The notes beneath the pieces are model-generated. The model was given only the letters and a program-made list of their open reading frames with translations, was not told the origin of the DNA and did not search any database. A stretch of DNA of 63,252 nt, filler included, from Octopus bimaculoides (lineage: Eukaryota), in the NCBI RefSeq assembly GCF_001194135.2. It is 10 parts of 8 records of this genome, joined end to end, with 100 filler letters (N's around TTAATTAATTAA, not from the genome) between each part and the next. Parts side by side here need not be neighbours in the genome. Positions count along the whole stretch, not along the records: positions 13,032 to 41,559 come from NC_068985.1; positions 41,660 to 49,523 come from NC_069006.1; positions 49,624 to 53,461 come from NC_068997.1; 7 more parts are not named here. The stretch is one strand, 5' to 3'. Positions 38,715 to 50,469 of this stretch are shown here, one piece after another. Position 1 is the first letter of the stretch. Every line of letters begins with the position of its first letter. The translations under genes and the position numbers were made by a program.

Positions 38715-39010
38715 TGAAGGAGCTGAAGAGGGAAAGCAGGAAACTATGGAGAATCAAAACTTAGAAGTGGTACTGATTATGGTTGGCACACTGGGAGCAG
38801 TTAATAAAAGGTTGGGTGCATGACTTGAGAAGCTAGGAATTACCATCAGGATGCGAGTGTTACAGAAAACAGCCTTGTTAGGAATAGGAAGGATTCTAAG
38901 AAGGGTGTTAAAAGAGAAGGAATGGCCCAAAGGACCTTTGGACATTAGATATGGCTCAATCATTTGGTACAGTGTCAGTATTAATATCTGCTAGAATAAA
39001 AGTGTTGTGG

Positions 39011-39045
<35 letters not shown>
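38715..39045 (+). mobile_element. R4/Dong-like (restriction-like endonuclease) non-LTR element, 3' fragment with (TAA)n tail
   Basis: ELKRESRKLWR, frameshift, then EVVLIMVGTLGAVNKRLGA*LEKLGITIRMRVLQKTALLGIGRILRRVL; short 3' UTR and (TAA)n at 39011-39045. Confidence 0.82.
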
Positions 39046-39474
39046 CCTTTCTACTATAGGCACAAGGCCTGAAATTCTGGGAGAGGGGACTAGTCGATTA
39101 TATCAATCCCAGTGTTTCATTGGTACTTAATTGACCCTGAAAGGATGAAAGGTAAAGTTGACCTCGGCAGAATATGAACTCAGAATATAAAGACGGACGA
39201 AATACTGTTAAGCATTTTGCCTGGTGTACTAACAATTCTGCCAGCTTCCCGTCTTAATAATCCTTTCTGCTATGGGTACAAGGCCTGAAATTTTGGGGGA
39301 GGGGGGCTAGTTGATTTCATCAACCCCAATGCGTAATTGGTACTTATTTCATCGACCCCCAAAAGGATGAAAGGCAAAGTCAACCTTGGTAGAATTTGAA
39401 CTCAGAATATAAAGACTGACAAAATACTGCTAAACATCTTGCCCTGCAAGCTAAAATTCTGCCCACTCACTGCC

Positions 39475-39527
<53 letters not shown>

Positions 39528-39741
39528 CCTTTCTACTAAAGGCACAAAGCCTGAAATTTGGTGGGAGGGAACTAGTTGATTACATTGATCCCAGTGATTC
39601 ACTGTTACTTAATTTATCAATCCCAAAAGTATGAAAGGCAAAGTCAACCTCAGCGGAATTTGAACTCAGAATGTAGCAATGGGTGAAATACTGCTAAGCA
39701 TTTCGACCAGCGTGCTAACGATTCTGCCAGCTCACTGCTTT
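39046..39741 (-). mobile_element. Three head-to-tail SINE family B copies (39046-39255, 39262-39476, 39528-39741) with (ATT)n tails; a fourth decayed copy follows to about 39915
   Basis: Each starts on the plus strand with cctttctRctaNaggcacaa and ends with ctgccaNctcactgcctt-like sequence. Confidence 0.92.
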
Positions 39742-40495
39742 AATAATAATAATAATAACAGCTTCTAATTCTGACACAAAGACAGTGATTTTGAAGGGAA
39801 TGAATTACTTGATGCCATCAACTCATTACTTGACTGGTATTTTATTTTATCAACCCTGGAAGGAAGAACGGCAAAGTTAACCCTGAAGGCATTTGAATTC
39901 AGAACATAAAGCACAGGATTTCAAGAGTTAGTAGTTGCCTCTGTAACCATCACCATGACTTTTCTCTCTCTGCCTCTCTAATATTTCAACATAAAACTGT
40001 ATACATTGTACGGAGTAGTAAGAGTAGTGAAGAAAATGTAAGATTCCAGTGATAAAGCTGTCAGTCACCACATATCATCATTTACTGTGGTACAGTAATA
40101 TAAAACTAAATACACTTGAAAAGATATTTCAGAAGATATTTTAATACACTCCTTCCAGACTAAAGAGCATTTCTCTTCTTCAATCATAAAAAAAAAATAG
40201 AATTCTGTGTGTGGTGTGTGCCTGTGCATATATATATTGGTTGCATGTGTATGTGTGCTGTGTATGTATTGTTGTATATGTGGATGCCTGTGCATATGGT
40301 GTGTGAGATAATGCATGTGCACCCTGGTTTTAAATCTATGTTTTGATATCAGCATAGGCTGGACAGATCTTCTTGTATCAAATCTTCCTGGTTCATTCTG
40401 TTGTTTCCAATATTACTGTTTTCTTTGAGAATATTTGGCTAGAATGTTTTTAGCACTTTGTACCGTACCTATTGTTAATATTACTGCACCAGAAT

Positions 40496-40897
40496 AAGGC
40501 AGCAAGCTGGCAGAATTGTTGGCATGCTGGCAAAATGCTTAGTGGCATTTTGTCCGCCTTTATGTTCTGAGTTCAAACTGACTTTGCCTTTCATCCTTTC
40601 AGGGTCAATAAAATAAGTACCAGTTGAACACGAGGGTCGATGTAATTGACTTCATCCCTCCCCAAAATTGCTGAACTTGAGCCAAAATTTGAAAGCTGGC
40701 AGAATTGTTACCATTCCGGGCAAAATGCTTAGCAGCATTTCATCCACCTACATAAGTCTGAGTTCAAATTCTGCCAAGGCTGATTTTACCCTTCAACCTT
40801 TTAGGGCTGATAAAATAAATATCAGTTCTTCACTAAGGCTGATGTAATTGACGTAGCCCACCCTTGAGATTGCTGGCCTTGTGCCAAACATTGAACC
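40496..40897 (+). mobile_element. Two head-to-tail SINE family B copies
   Basis: aaggcagcaagctggcagaattgtt at 40496, then a second head aagctggcagaattgtt at about 40693. Confidence 0.88.
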
Positions 40898-41135
40898 AAT
40901 ATTACTACACCAGAATGGACCAGGTATGTTTATGATGAAACCAAAACTACAACTACCTTTACAGTGCTTTCACTGTCTCCTCAAAGCTACAGACTGTACA
41001 AGCAAATTAATCACACACCAACACAAAATTAGTGCACCCAAGAAATTAGAAATTAGCCTATCGAATATAAATTTCTAAGGGGCTTTTTAAAAGTCAATAT
41101 TTGATTGCAGTTTTATGATAGTAAAGATAGTAGTC

Positions 41136-41240
41136 TGTGGCAGGGAATATTTCTTGATCCCTATTCCTAACAGAACTGAGACATCATCATCATGTCACAT
41201 TTCTGTTAGGGATAAGGATCAAGGGATATTCCCTGCTACA
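41136..41240 (+). ncRNA. Isolated 105-nt hairpin; candidate pre-miRNA/hpRNA or tiny foldback element
   Basis: 49-position stem: 42 Watson-Crick, 4 G:U and 3 mismatches on the plus strand, with a 7-nt loop. The structure is certain; the function is not shown. Confidence 0.4.
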
Positions 41241-41402
41241 TAACAAAATACCAGCTATAAATTTGAACTCATGACCCATGAACAAGCAGTTCAACATCTT
41301 AGAGACTGAGTCAGCTGGTGATATAGAGCCTTCTCAATTTTATCCCAATTTGCGTCCTCTTCAGCAAGTCAACATATTAAGGACAACAAGGGTTTATTTA
41401 CC

Positions 41403-41510
41403 ACTAGCAGAAATACCCGGCTTTGCCCGGGTTAAAGAGAATAATGAAATCTAAAAACGCTGTCTAGACTACGCAACTCTCAACTGTTAGTAGCTACGAT
41501 ACCATATTTC
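41403..41510 (+). mobile_element. Probable Helitron-type 5' terminus
   Basis: actagcagaaatacccggctttgcccgggt resembles the 5' ends of invertebrate non-autonomous Helitrons. It may continue past the gap to about 42060. Confidence 0.45.
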
Positions 41511-41659
41511 TACATTAATAACTCTCCAATCCATGCCAGCATGGAACATAGACATTAAGNNNNNNNNNNNNNNNNNNNNNNNNNNNNNNNNNNNNNNNNN
41601 NNNTTAATTAATTAANNNNNNNNNNNNNNNNNNNNNNNNNNNNNNNNNNNNNNNNNNNN

Positions 41660-41699
<40 letters not shown>

Positions 41700-42344
41700 T
41701 GTATTTGTGTGTCACCTGCTGCCATCACTGCTTCTTTTGCCCAGTCATAGACTTTTTCCTCTCTTTATCGTTTGACATTTTCAGTGCCATGTACTGAGAA
41801 ACCAAAAAGTCTAAAAGATGAGTAAGCCGCTTCTGTTTAATCTTACAGTTTATTTCTGCCGCGCTGTTAACTAGGGGTGTCGCGTTTCTAACATATCTTG
41901 CCACCCCAGCATTCTCCATACCTATCGCCACCATCGCCCCTCGCCACTCCAGCCACTAAACTTACCAATTATTTATTACACAAACCCAGAATCTACCAAA
42001 GAACATGAATATATAATTGCCTTTCACCAGAAATATCTACAGTAGGAAGAAAAAAAGTCTTTAAGCCTATCCATCATGACAAGGCATAATGTGTGTGTGT
42101 GAGTGAGTGAGTGCATGTGTGTGTATTTGTGTGCATATATCATCATTTAACATCAGTGTGTATATACACACATACACAAACACGTATATTATATATATAT
42201 ATATATATGGAACAGGGCGTGCTTAACCTTTCATTCTTCAGCCGCGCTTGTGTGGGTGTTTGTAAATGAGTATGTGTGTACTCGTGTATCTATCTATCTA
42301 TCTATCTATCTACCTATCTACTTATCTACTTATCTATCTACTTT

Positions 42345-42556
42345 TCTTTCCACGGATAACCTCCCCATTTATTGGGAAATTTTGGTAATATTTTTTTTTT
42401 TTTTGTACATACCCCAAACGTTTTCTCGATGCCTTTTCATCATTATCCCCATTTTATTTTTTTACTTTATTTTCGTCCCCATCGAAAAGAAAAACTCTAC
42501 ATTTGTATTTTGTCCCTTCTATGTTGAGCCCTGTGTGGCTAATAAAGAAACATATC
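42345..42556 (+). mobile_element. 3' UTR-only copy of the Tx1-like family, flanked by (TATC)n on both sides
   Basis: Ends gccctgtgtggctaataaagaaacatatct, the same as 18031-18060; (TATC)n at about 42290-42345 and 42553-42620. Confidence 0.88.
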
Positions 42557-42571
42557 TACTTATCAATCTAT

Positions 42572-42602
<31 letters not shown>

Positions 42603-43233
42603 CTTATCTATCTATCTATCTACACACACATACACATACACACGCCTGTATGTGTATATGTGGGTATGTGTGTGTGTATATGTGCGTGTGAATTTTACTT
42701 TGTCTCTCTCTCACGATTCCTGCCACCCACCAATCCATTTTATTACATGTGTTTTTCTCTATTCAGCGTGGTCGGTAGCTGTTTTGTGAGCGTACGCTTT
42801 ATTGTCTTCAACCATTTGTAGTTAGTTGTTGCAGTCAACAAACTTTTTATCTTCATATTTTGAAGCAAACAAAAGAGAAAAGGAAAATGAAAGAAAGAGC
42901 TTCTGTGTGATATCTGCTAGAAATTTCAGTCAAATTTCCTTTTGAATCATAAAAACAATCTGAAATCAATGGAAGAACATTGGGTACAATGTAGCTCTAG
43001 ATATATTATGCCGTTTATTCTTTTCTTTGACTTGGAGGGTTTTAGTTGAGCAGATCGATACCAATCTGGTACTTATTTTATCAGTCTTGTCTTTGCTGAC
43101 CCGCAAATTCATGGGGAGATAAACAATCCAATACTGGTTGTCAAGCGATTATGGGGGACAAACATGAGTATAAATGTGGACACACACACACACACACACA
43201 CCCCTTTCTCTCTCTGTCTCTCTCCCCGATATG

Positions 43234-43286
<53 letters not shown>

Positions 43287-43514
43287 ACAGTAAGAGAGAA
43301 TACACAATAAATTTAATTTACTGTACTTTATACTAGGTTTTAAAATGCTTATATTATTTTATTATTATGTTGGATATAACTTTCTATGTGTATTCCAGAA
43401 AATAAGGTTGTCCTGAAATAGGAGTTGCAGTTCTATAGGTGAATTCCCAAATTTGTAATAATATTATAAATGATACTGTTTACATTGCATTAGTACAGTG
43501 TAAAATAGTAAATG

Positions 43515-43812
43515 TCAGATCGTTGCCAGTGCCCCTGGACTGGCTCTTGTGCGGGTAGCACATAAAATACACCATTTTGAGCGTGGCCATTGCCAGTACT
43601 GCTTGACTGGCCTTCGTGCCGGTGGTACGTAAAAGCACCCACTGCACTCTCGGAGTGGTTGGCGTTAGGAAGGGCATCCAGTTGTAGAAACTCTGCCAAA
43701 TCAGATTGGTGCCTGGTGTAGCCATCGGGTTTCACCAGTCCTCAGTCAAATCGTCCAACCCATGCTAGCATGGAAAGCGGACGTTAAACGATGATGATCA
43801 TGATGATGATGA
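43515..43812 (+). mobile_element. Young RTE-family 3' UTR/SINE copy with (GAT)n tail
   Basis: Near-identical to 26100-26410 and 58705-58782; CpGs are retained. Confidence 0.92.
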
Positions 43813-44179
43813 TATATATATATAAGGTCAGGTAGAGTGTGAAGTTGTGGTATTTCCAGAAAAGCACTCAACCCGAATACTGGGCTATCAATACTCTTGA
43901 GTTCCAAGCTAAAGCCAGAATTCCTTGGGTGCAGAAAATGCAAGTTTTGTGATGATTACACCATAAAATGGGTTTGGTGAAGTGTAGATAATTCAATGAA
44001 AAGAAAAAGACCAAGAAAATTCTTCAACACATTTTTAATGATTTGTTACAATTGTTTCTGTACCAACTCTATTTGCATCACCAGTTTATGCTAAAATTCT
44101 AAATCAAAATTTACGTGATCTTTACAGTTTTAGACATTAGAGAGGCACTTCATATATTTATGTATGTAGAAACACACCC

Positions 44180-44760
44180 AATAGGCTTCCACACAGTTTC
44201 CATCACCAAATTTCACTCGTAAGGCATTGGTCAACTTGAGGCTATAGTAAAAGACACTTGCCCAAGGTATTGCACAGTAGGACTGAACCTGCAACCCCAC
44301 GATTGCAAAGCAAGCTGCTTAACACAGAGCCATGCATGTGCCAGACTACATCTGGATAAAAGATGGGTTGGTCATGGGTCTGCTGAATCGAGTTTGATTA
44401 GGACTCAACACAGCTATAGACCAGACCCTATCACAACTTTTGTATTGCGCACTATATAATGTGGTAGGCATAGTATGGACGAATGGTTAAGAAGCTTGCT
44501 TCACAACCATGGGGATATGGGTTCAATCCCAGTGTGTGGTATCTTGGGCAAATGTAGTTTTTTTTCTATAGTCTTTGGGCCAACTTCTTTCTTTCTTGAA
44601 ACTGAATAGGTGGGAACTGTATAGATGCTTGCCAGGTGCATCTGTAAGCGAAAACAGTACAGTCTTGTCACACACATACACACACACACACTGTCATGCC
44701 TTGAGAATTTACTTATACTGAAGGTAAACGTCTGTGGATTACTCAGCCACATATTAATTC
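44180..44760. mobile_element. Divergent pair of SINE family C copies (44180-44340 minus; 44465-44760 plus)
   Basis: Both carry the tRNA-like head (tggttaagaagcttgctt..gggttcaatccc) in opposite orientations. Confidence 0.75.
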
Positions 44761-45454
44761 AAGAGTAGAGAGCAAACTACTGAATCCTCATCGGATGACA
44801 AAAATCTACCATTCCACCGACGCCAGTCATCTGTAATTGTGCATGTCTATGGACAAAGGTGCTTCAGCTTGTCCCTCCAATGTGGTGTGATTTGTGGAAG
44901 ATTTATTTGCTTGCTGTTTCTAGCACTTTGAGATGTCCTTGTTTTCTCAACAATCAGTTTCATTGTTGTTGTAATATCCAGGATGTTAGCAAAACCACTT
45001 CAGCTGTTTTTTTTTTTTGTTCTTGTTTAACCCTGTGTCAGGCCTAACAATGGAAAAACTGCTGTGAAGATGGTGGTGGTGGCATTAGCGGTAGTAATAG
45101 TGGTTGTGGTAGTGGTGGTGGGAGTAATATTAGTTGTGATGCTGGTGGAGGAAGAGGAGGTAGTAATAGTAATATTAGTTAAGGTGGTGGCAATAGTAGT
45201 AGTGGTGGTGGTAGAAAAGATAAGTCAACAAATCCTATAATTGGATCAAACTATTTGATGGGTCAGTTATTGTTACAGATGGGATTAAAATTTTTTAAGA
45301 GAGACAGACAAAAGATAGTTTCATGGGTCAGTGTGTTTAGACACTGGGGGTCCATGTCATGGGGACAGTGTGTTGATGGAGAGAGAAGACAGCAGACATG
45401 TAATGTCATCAAAAGGGCCAGTTTACTTTACACCTAACACATACACATACATAC

Positions 45455-45795
45455 ATACGATGGGCTTCTTTCAGTTTGTTGACCAAATGCACTCTCAAGG
45501 CTTTGGTCAGCTCTGTTTTTATAGTAGATGACATTTGGCCCTGGTGCCACTCAATGGAATTAAATCCAGTGGTTGAGAAGCAAGCATCCAACACAGTCAG
45601 TAAAGCGGTTGGCGTTAGGAAGGGCATCCAGCATAGAAACCATGCCAAATCAGACTGGAACCTGGTGCAGCTCCCCAGCTTACCAGCTCTGGTCAGACTG
45701 TCCAACCCATGCCAACATGGACAACGGATGTTAAATGATGATGATGACAATGATATGGAAGGCGGACATTAAACGATGACAACGATGATGATGAT
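45455..45795. mobile_element. SINE family C (minus, 45455-45600) abutting an RTE-family tail (plus, 45601-45795)
   Basis: Both halves match other copies in the window. Confidence 0.8.
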
Positions 45796-46346
45796 ATATA
45801 TGTGTGTGTATATAATATCATAGAATAGGAACAATCTGTGTCAGTTCTTGACAATTTCATGGGGGGTGGGCAGGTTGGGTAGGACTGTATTCAGAAGTTA
45901 TCTGGAATAGTCTGTCTGTCTATCATTGTTCTGTTCAAGTTCTGCAATATCTCACTGCAACCTCTGTGTTCTTGCTTGAAGTTTTGGTGTTTACTGTTGT
46001 ACAACATCATCTCTGTCCGATGGCTTTGAAAAATTTTAACAAACAACACGCTCTTACATCATGGTCTAATTACTTACGATTTGGTAGTGGTAGTGTAGAA
46101 TTAGTGTTGCAGCTATAGTTACTTCCTCCCCCTCCGCTTCTTCTTCTTCTTAGCAGGAAGTCAAGATGCTGTGGTGGTGGTGGTGGGTGCTGGCATCTAC
46201 TGTAGAGATCAAAAATAGAATTGAAGGCAGGAAATCTGATAGCTGAACTTAGTTGCTTTTTCTTTTTATTAAAATTTTTTTTTATCGTTTATATTGGTGG
46301 GAGGATGTATGCATGCTTGTGTGTATGGCATACATACGTTCATTTA

Positions 46347-46391
<45 letters not shown>

Positions 46392-46849
46392 AACATTGGA
46401 GCTGTTCCTCACCCCCGCACAGAAATTGTTGGTAGTACTCAGAGGTATTTCAAGCTCTTCTGAATTGATTGCAATTCTGCATCATCGGCAGGTATCTCAG
46501 GGTGACAAGTATTTTGGTCCCTTAGCCTGTAGGCTTCACCTACTGAAGGGTTACACATGCAATCGCTTGCCAGCCATAGCCAGTTTGAACTGTATTCAAT
46601 GCTGTGGCTTTTTTCACTTGTTTGGATTCCGGTCCAAATCTTTCAGTGTTTGGATTGCTCTAGTATTTCTACAGGAAACACACCAACCCAACTGGGAAGG
46701 TGACTTCAATCTAACACACTTCATGCAAGTATGTTGTTGAAAAGCAAATTTAATGCAGTACTTTGTCTGGAGATAATATCTCTCTTTTTTTTTATGTGCT
46801 GTGTTTAAAAACACAATGTATATCCAAATAAGACATGGGCTACTACAAA

Positions 46850-47270
46850 AAAGAGCACCAACTAGCTATGAACTGAAGGGCCAGGGAAAGATCTGTGCTA
46901 GGAATGTTGTTAAGAGAGCATATTTGAAAGATAATTCGAGAATGGATTGGAGTGAACGATATGATCGCAGAGTACCAAAAGCACAAGTTCCTCTGGGTTG
47001 GACATGTTGCTAGGCTTACAACGACAGTTGCTGAGTAGTACCCAAGAGATCAGAAAAGGCCACTTGGAAGATCTCCATAGTGATGAGAAGACACTGTGAT
47101 CGAGTAGTTTGGGTCAAGGTGGAGAAGAATGGTGCAATTAAAACAAGATTGGAAGCACATTGTGGTGGCATAGTTGATGCTGTGATATTGGAGACAGATA
47201 CGAAAATCATCCCAGCAGGGGCCAGTAAGAATGCCAGATGCATTTCTACTTCATTGAGCATTGTCAATGG
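46850..47270 (+). mobile_element. 3' fragment of a second RTE-type LINE lineage
   Basis: KHKFLWVGHVARL..VAE*YPRDQKRPLGRSP resembles the RTE C-terminal WAGHVAR..W.PR..KRP.GRP motif. Confidence 0.7.
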
Positions 47271-47531
47271 TGTGTAATGACAACCAGCTGCATGCTTACA
47301 TGTGACTTGTCAGCACTTATATATAGGAAAACATTGAATAAATATTCACTGGTGTTGGGAAGAGTTGCCTAGCTAAATTAAAATCTGTTATATGCTACAA
47401 AAGCAGTATTAGATTAAGATGGTCATCTATGTATCATACTTAACCCTTTAAAATTTAAACTGACCAGATCCAGCTTCTCACACCTACCCGACAAGCTTTG
47501 AGATAATATTTGATTAATTGAAAACAATGTG

Positions 47532-47866
47532 AACAAGGCAACACCAACGTCCTCTCAGCAGTTAACCAGAGATGATTTTTAAAATGAGAATATCTGATAT
47601 AAACTCGACTGCTCTCACAAACGAGAATACTAAAAAATGAACCTGACTGCTTTCAAAAGAAAACAGGAAAAATAATCCAGAATCCTTGTCCGGTACCAGA
47701 TCGATCCCAAAATCTAATCAGTTCTTGCCAGTCATGAGGCCAAACATCCCTGAAGGTTTCATCTGAATCCATCCAGCAGTTATTGAGATATCTTGTCCAT
47801 GGACAAACAAAGAAACAAACAAACACGACTGAAAACAATACCTCCGCCTTCGCTAAGGCAGAGCTA
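47532..47866 (+). mobile_element. Non-autonomous element with a 3' stem-loop (HINE/DINE-1-like)
   Basis: Begins aacaagg, has an internal (aaac)n run, and ends in hairpin ctccgcctt-cgct-aaggcagag (47842-47863). Confidence 0.5.
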
Positions 47867-48190
47867 TTAAATAAGCAGTGCATTTGACAGTAATCTATTA
47901 AAAAGGGTTAATGTAAATACAGTGTTGAAAGTGAGATTTACTGCAGTATTCTTCTGGAGATGATAACAGCTGGCTGTGAATACATGCTGTTGACAATGCC
48001 CATGAAAAACAGAAATACATCTGGTGTTCTCATTGGTGGTGGGATGATTTTTGTCTTCCTCTGATATATATTCTGTTTTTAAACTCAGCACATCTACCAG
48101 AAATATTATCTCCCAACAAATTCTGCAGTAAGTTTGCCTTTCAACAATATATTTATATTAAGTATAATGCATTGATGGCTATTTTAGTTT

Positions 48191-48271
<81 letters not shown>

Positions 48272-49049
48272 CTTGTCTTGACATAATTTGATGGCTGTGA
48301 ATGAGCATCACCTTCATACAAGTGATGTTTGTTTGTTTCCAGTCTGTTGTGAAAAGGATTTTTAATCATGGGGAAATATTACCTTGCATGGAAAACAGGT
48401 GAGGGTTGGTGATAGGAACAGTGTCCTGTTGTAGAAGACCTACCTCAATAAATTGTGCCTAACCCATGCAAACATGTAGAAGAAAAGTGCAACTATGATG
48501 ATGGTGAAATATGGATTCTGACATTGCTTTGATAAATGAGGGTTTGGCAAGACACAACTGTAGAGATGGAATGAGACTAACCATTTAAAATGGCACTTTC
48601 TTTCCCTGTCACTACTGAACTGAAGAAGGTGCAATGGTGTTGGTGCTAGTGTTTTGGTCTCCTGGACAACCTGTACAATTCTAGTGGGCATCATTTGTGC
48701 AGAGAAAGTCCCTCACTCTTGGCCTTCAAAACTGTGTCGGTCTGGTGCAACAAGTGCCAAGAACCCAGTGGTTATCAGGATGTAGGATCTGTATGGAGTT
48801 ACCTTCTCTTTGATAAGCAGCAGCTTAAGAGTTGAATTGTCCTCGTCTTCCCCGGGTCCGATAAGGGTTTCTGTGAGTGACCTTCTTCTGGAGGCAGTTC
48901 TCTAACATGCTAATTAATTGATAGCTGGGACCCTGACAGATGCTACGGGAACAATCATGGCTAAGAGGTGATCCCATACTCCTCAAAACCCTGTAACCTT
49001 TGAACCAGGGGCCCACTACCGAATGCAGTTTACCATCATACATAGGACG

Positions 49050-49101
<52 letters not shown>

Positions 49102-49103
49102 TA

Positions 49104-49523
49104 CAGGGGTTGGACAAAATAATGGAGACACCTTAAAATTTCAAACAAATTTATTTTAATATGGGGTAGGACTGCTTTTGGCAGTAATTATAGCTTGAAT
49201 TCTACAAGGTATGGACTCAAACGAAGTTTGAATTGTTTCCAAAGGAATTTTTGTCCATTCTTCAGCTAAAACAGTCTCCAGTTCTTGTAGTGATGATGGT
49301 GGAGGATATTGACTCCTTACTTGTTTTTCTAAACTGCACCATAAATGTTCAATAATATTGAGATCTGGGGACTGTGGTGGCTAGATAAGATGCTCAACTT
49401 CACTAGAATGTTCCTTGTGACATTCAGTAACAACTTTAGCTGTGTGAATTGGTGCATTATCATCCTGAAAGATTGCATTTCCCTTTGGAAACAGTTCTGC
49501 AACCATAGGATGAATTTGATCAG
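49104..49523 (-). mobile_element. Tc1-like transposon, right end and transposase C-terminus (DD36E spacing); remainder in gap
   Basis: TA then caggggttggacaaaataatgg TIR. Minus strand reads IFQDDNAPIHTAKVVTECHKEHSSEVEHLI*PPQSPDLNIIEHLW..TPY*. Confidence 0.92.
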
Positions 49524-50469
49524 NNNNNNNNNNNNNNNNNNNNNNNNNNNNNNNNNNNNNNNNNNNNTTAATTAATTAANNNNNNNNNNNNNNNNNNNNN
49601 NNNNNNNNNNNNNNNNNNNNNNNTGTATGTATATATATAAATGTGTGTGTGTGTGTGTGTGTGTGTGTTAGTGACAAAGAGACAGAAATATTTTCCCAAT
49701 ATAGTTACCACATTGATAACAGAATAATTACGCCAAAACACCAAAAATCTTATAATTTTATTCCTTTTTAATAAACGATGCCAGATTGAAAAATCAGAAT
49801 TAGGATTGTCGGGGTCCTTCATTGAGTTCAATGGCCCTTTACTCCCACAAATCAAATCATTATAATTGTTTATATATTAGTTGAAGCCAGAAACAATCAG
49901 TGCTTAGTAGTGTAAATTAGTTTAATAAGACTAGGTATGTTTAGGAACACTAATTTTCATTATATTACAGCATAAGTGTAAATCATATCCAATTAGTGCA
50001 AATTATTGTAAGTTATTTCATATTGGTGTAAAAGTCTGTGATTTCGTGTAAATTAATACGTCTTAGTGTATGTTAATACATAAATGAATTCGGAAATATA
50101 AGAGTGGATCTTGTTGACACTTATCTAGAGATGTATATTAGTCTATTTCGTTTTTGCATATGGTCTATAAGATTATTTATGTGAATTCATGTGTTGAAGC
50201 ATATTTTATTGTATCTAGGGATAGTCATTCTCTTTTAGTGCCTTATTAATTTAACACACTCACAGGTCTAATTTCCATTCATTTACTTGCTTTTTTACTA
50301 AAACTTTCATTGTGATTTGCAGCATTTTCAATTGTGTAAATTACTGAATATTGTCTAGATTAGTTCCAAATGGTGCGTAAAAATGTATATACATGCGAAG
50401 TACGTTAGTGTATATTAATATCTATTAGTATATATAATACATATTACAGCAGGTTATAGTATGTTATTT

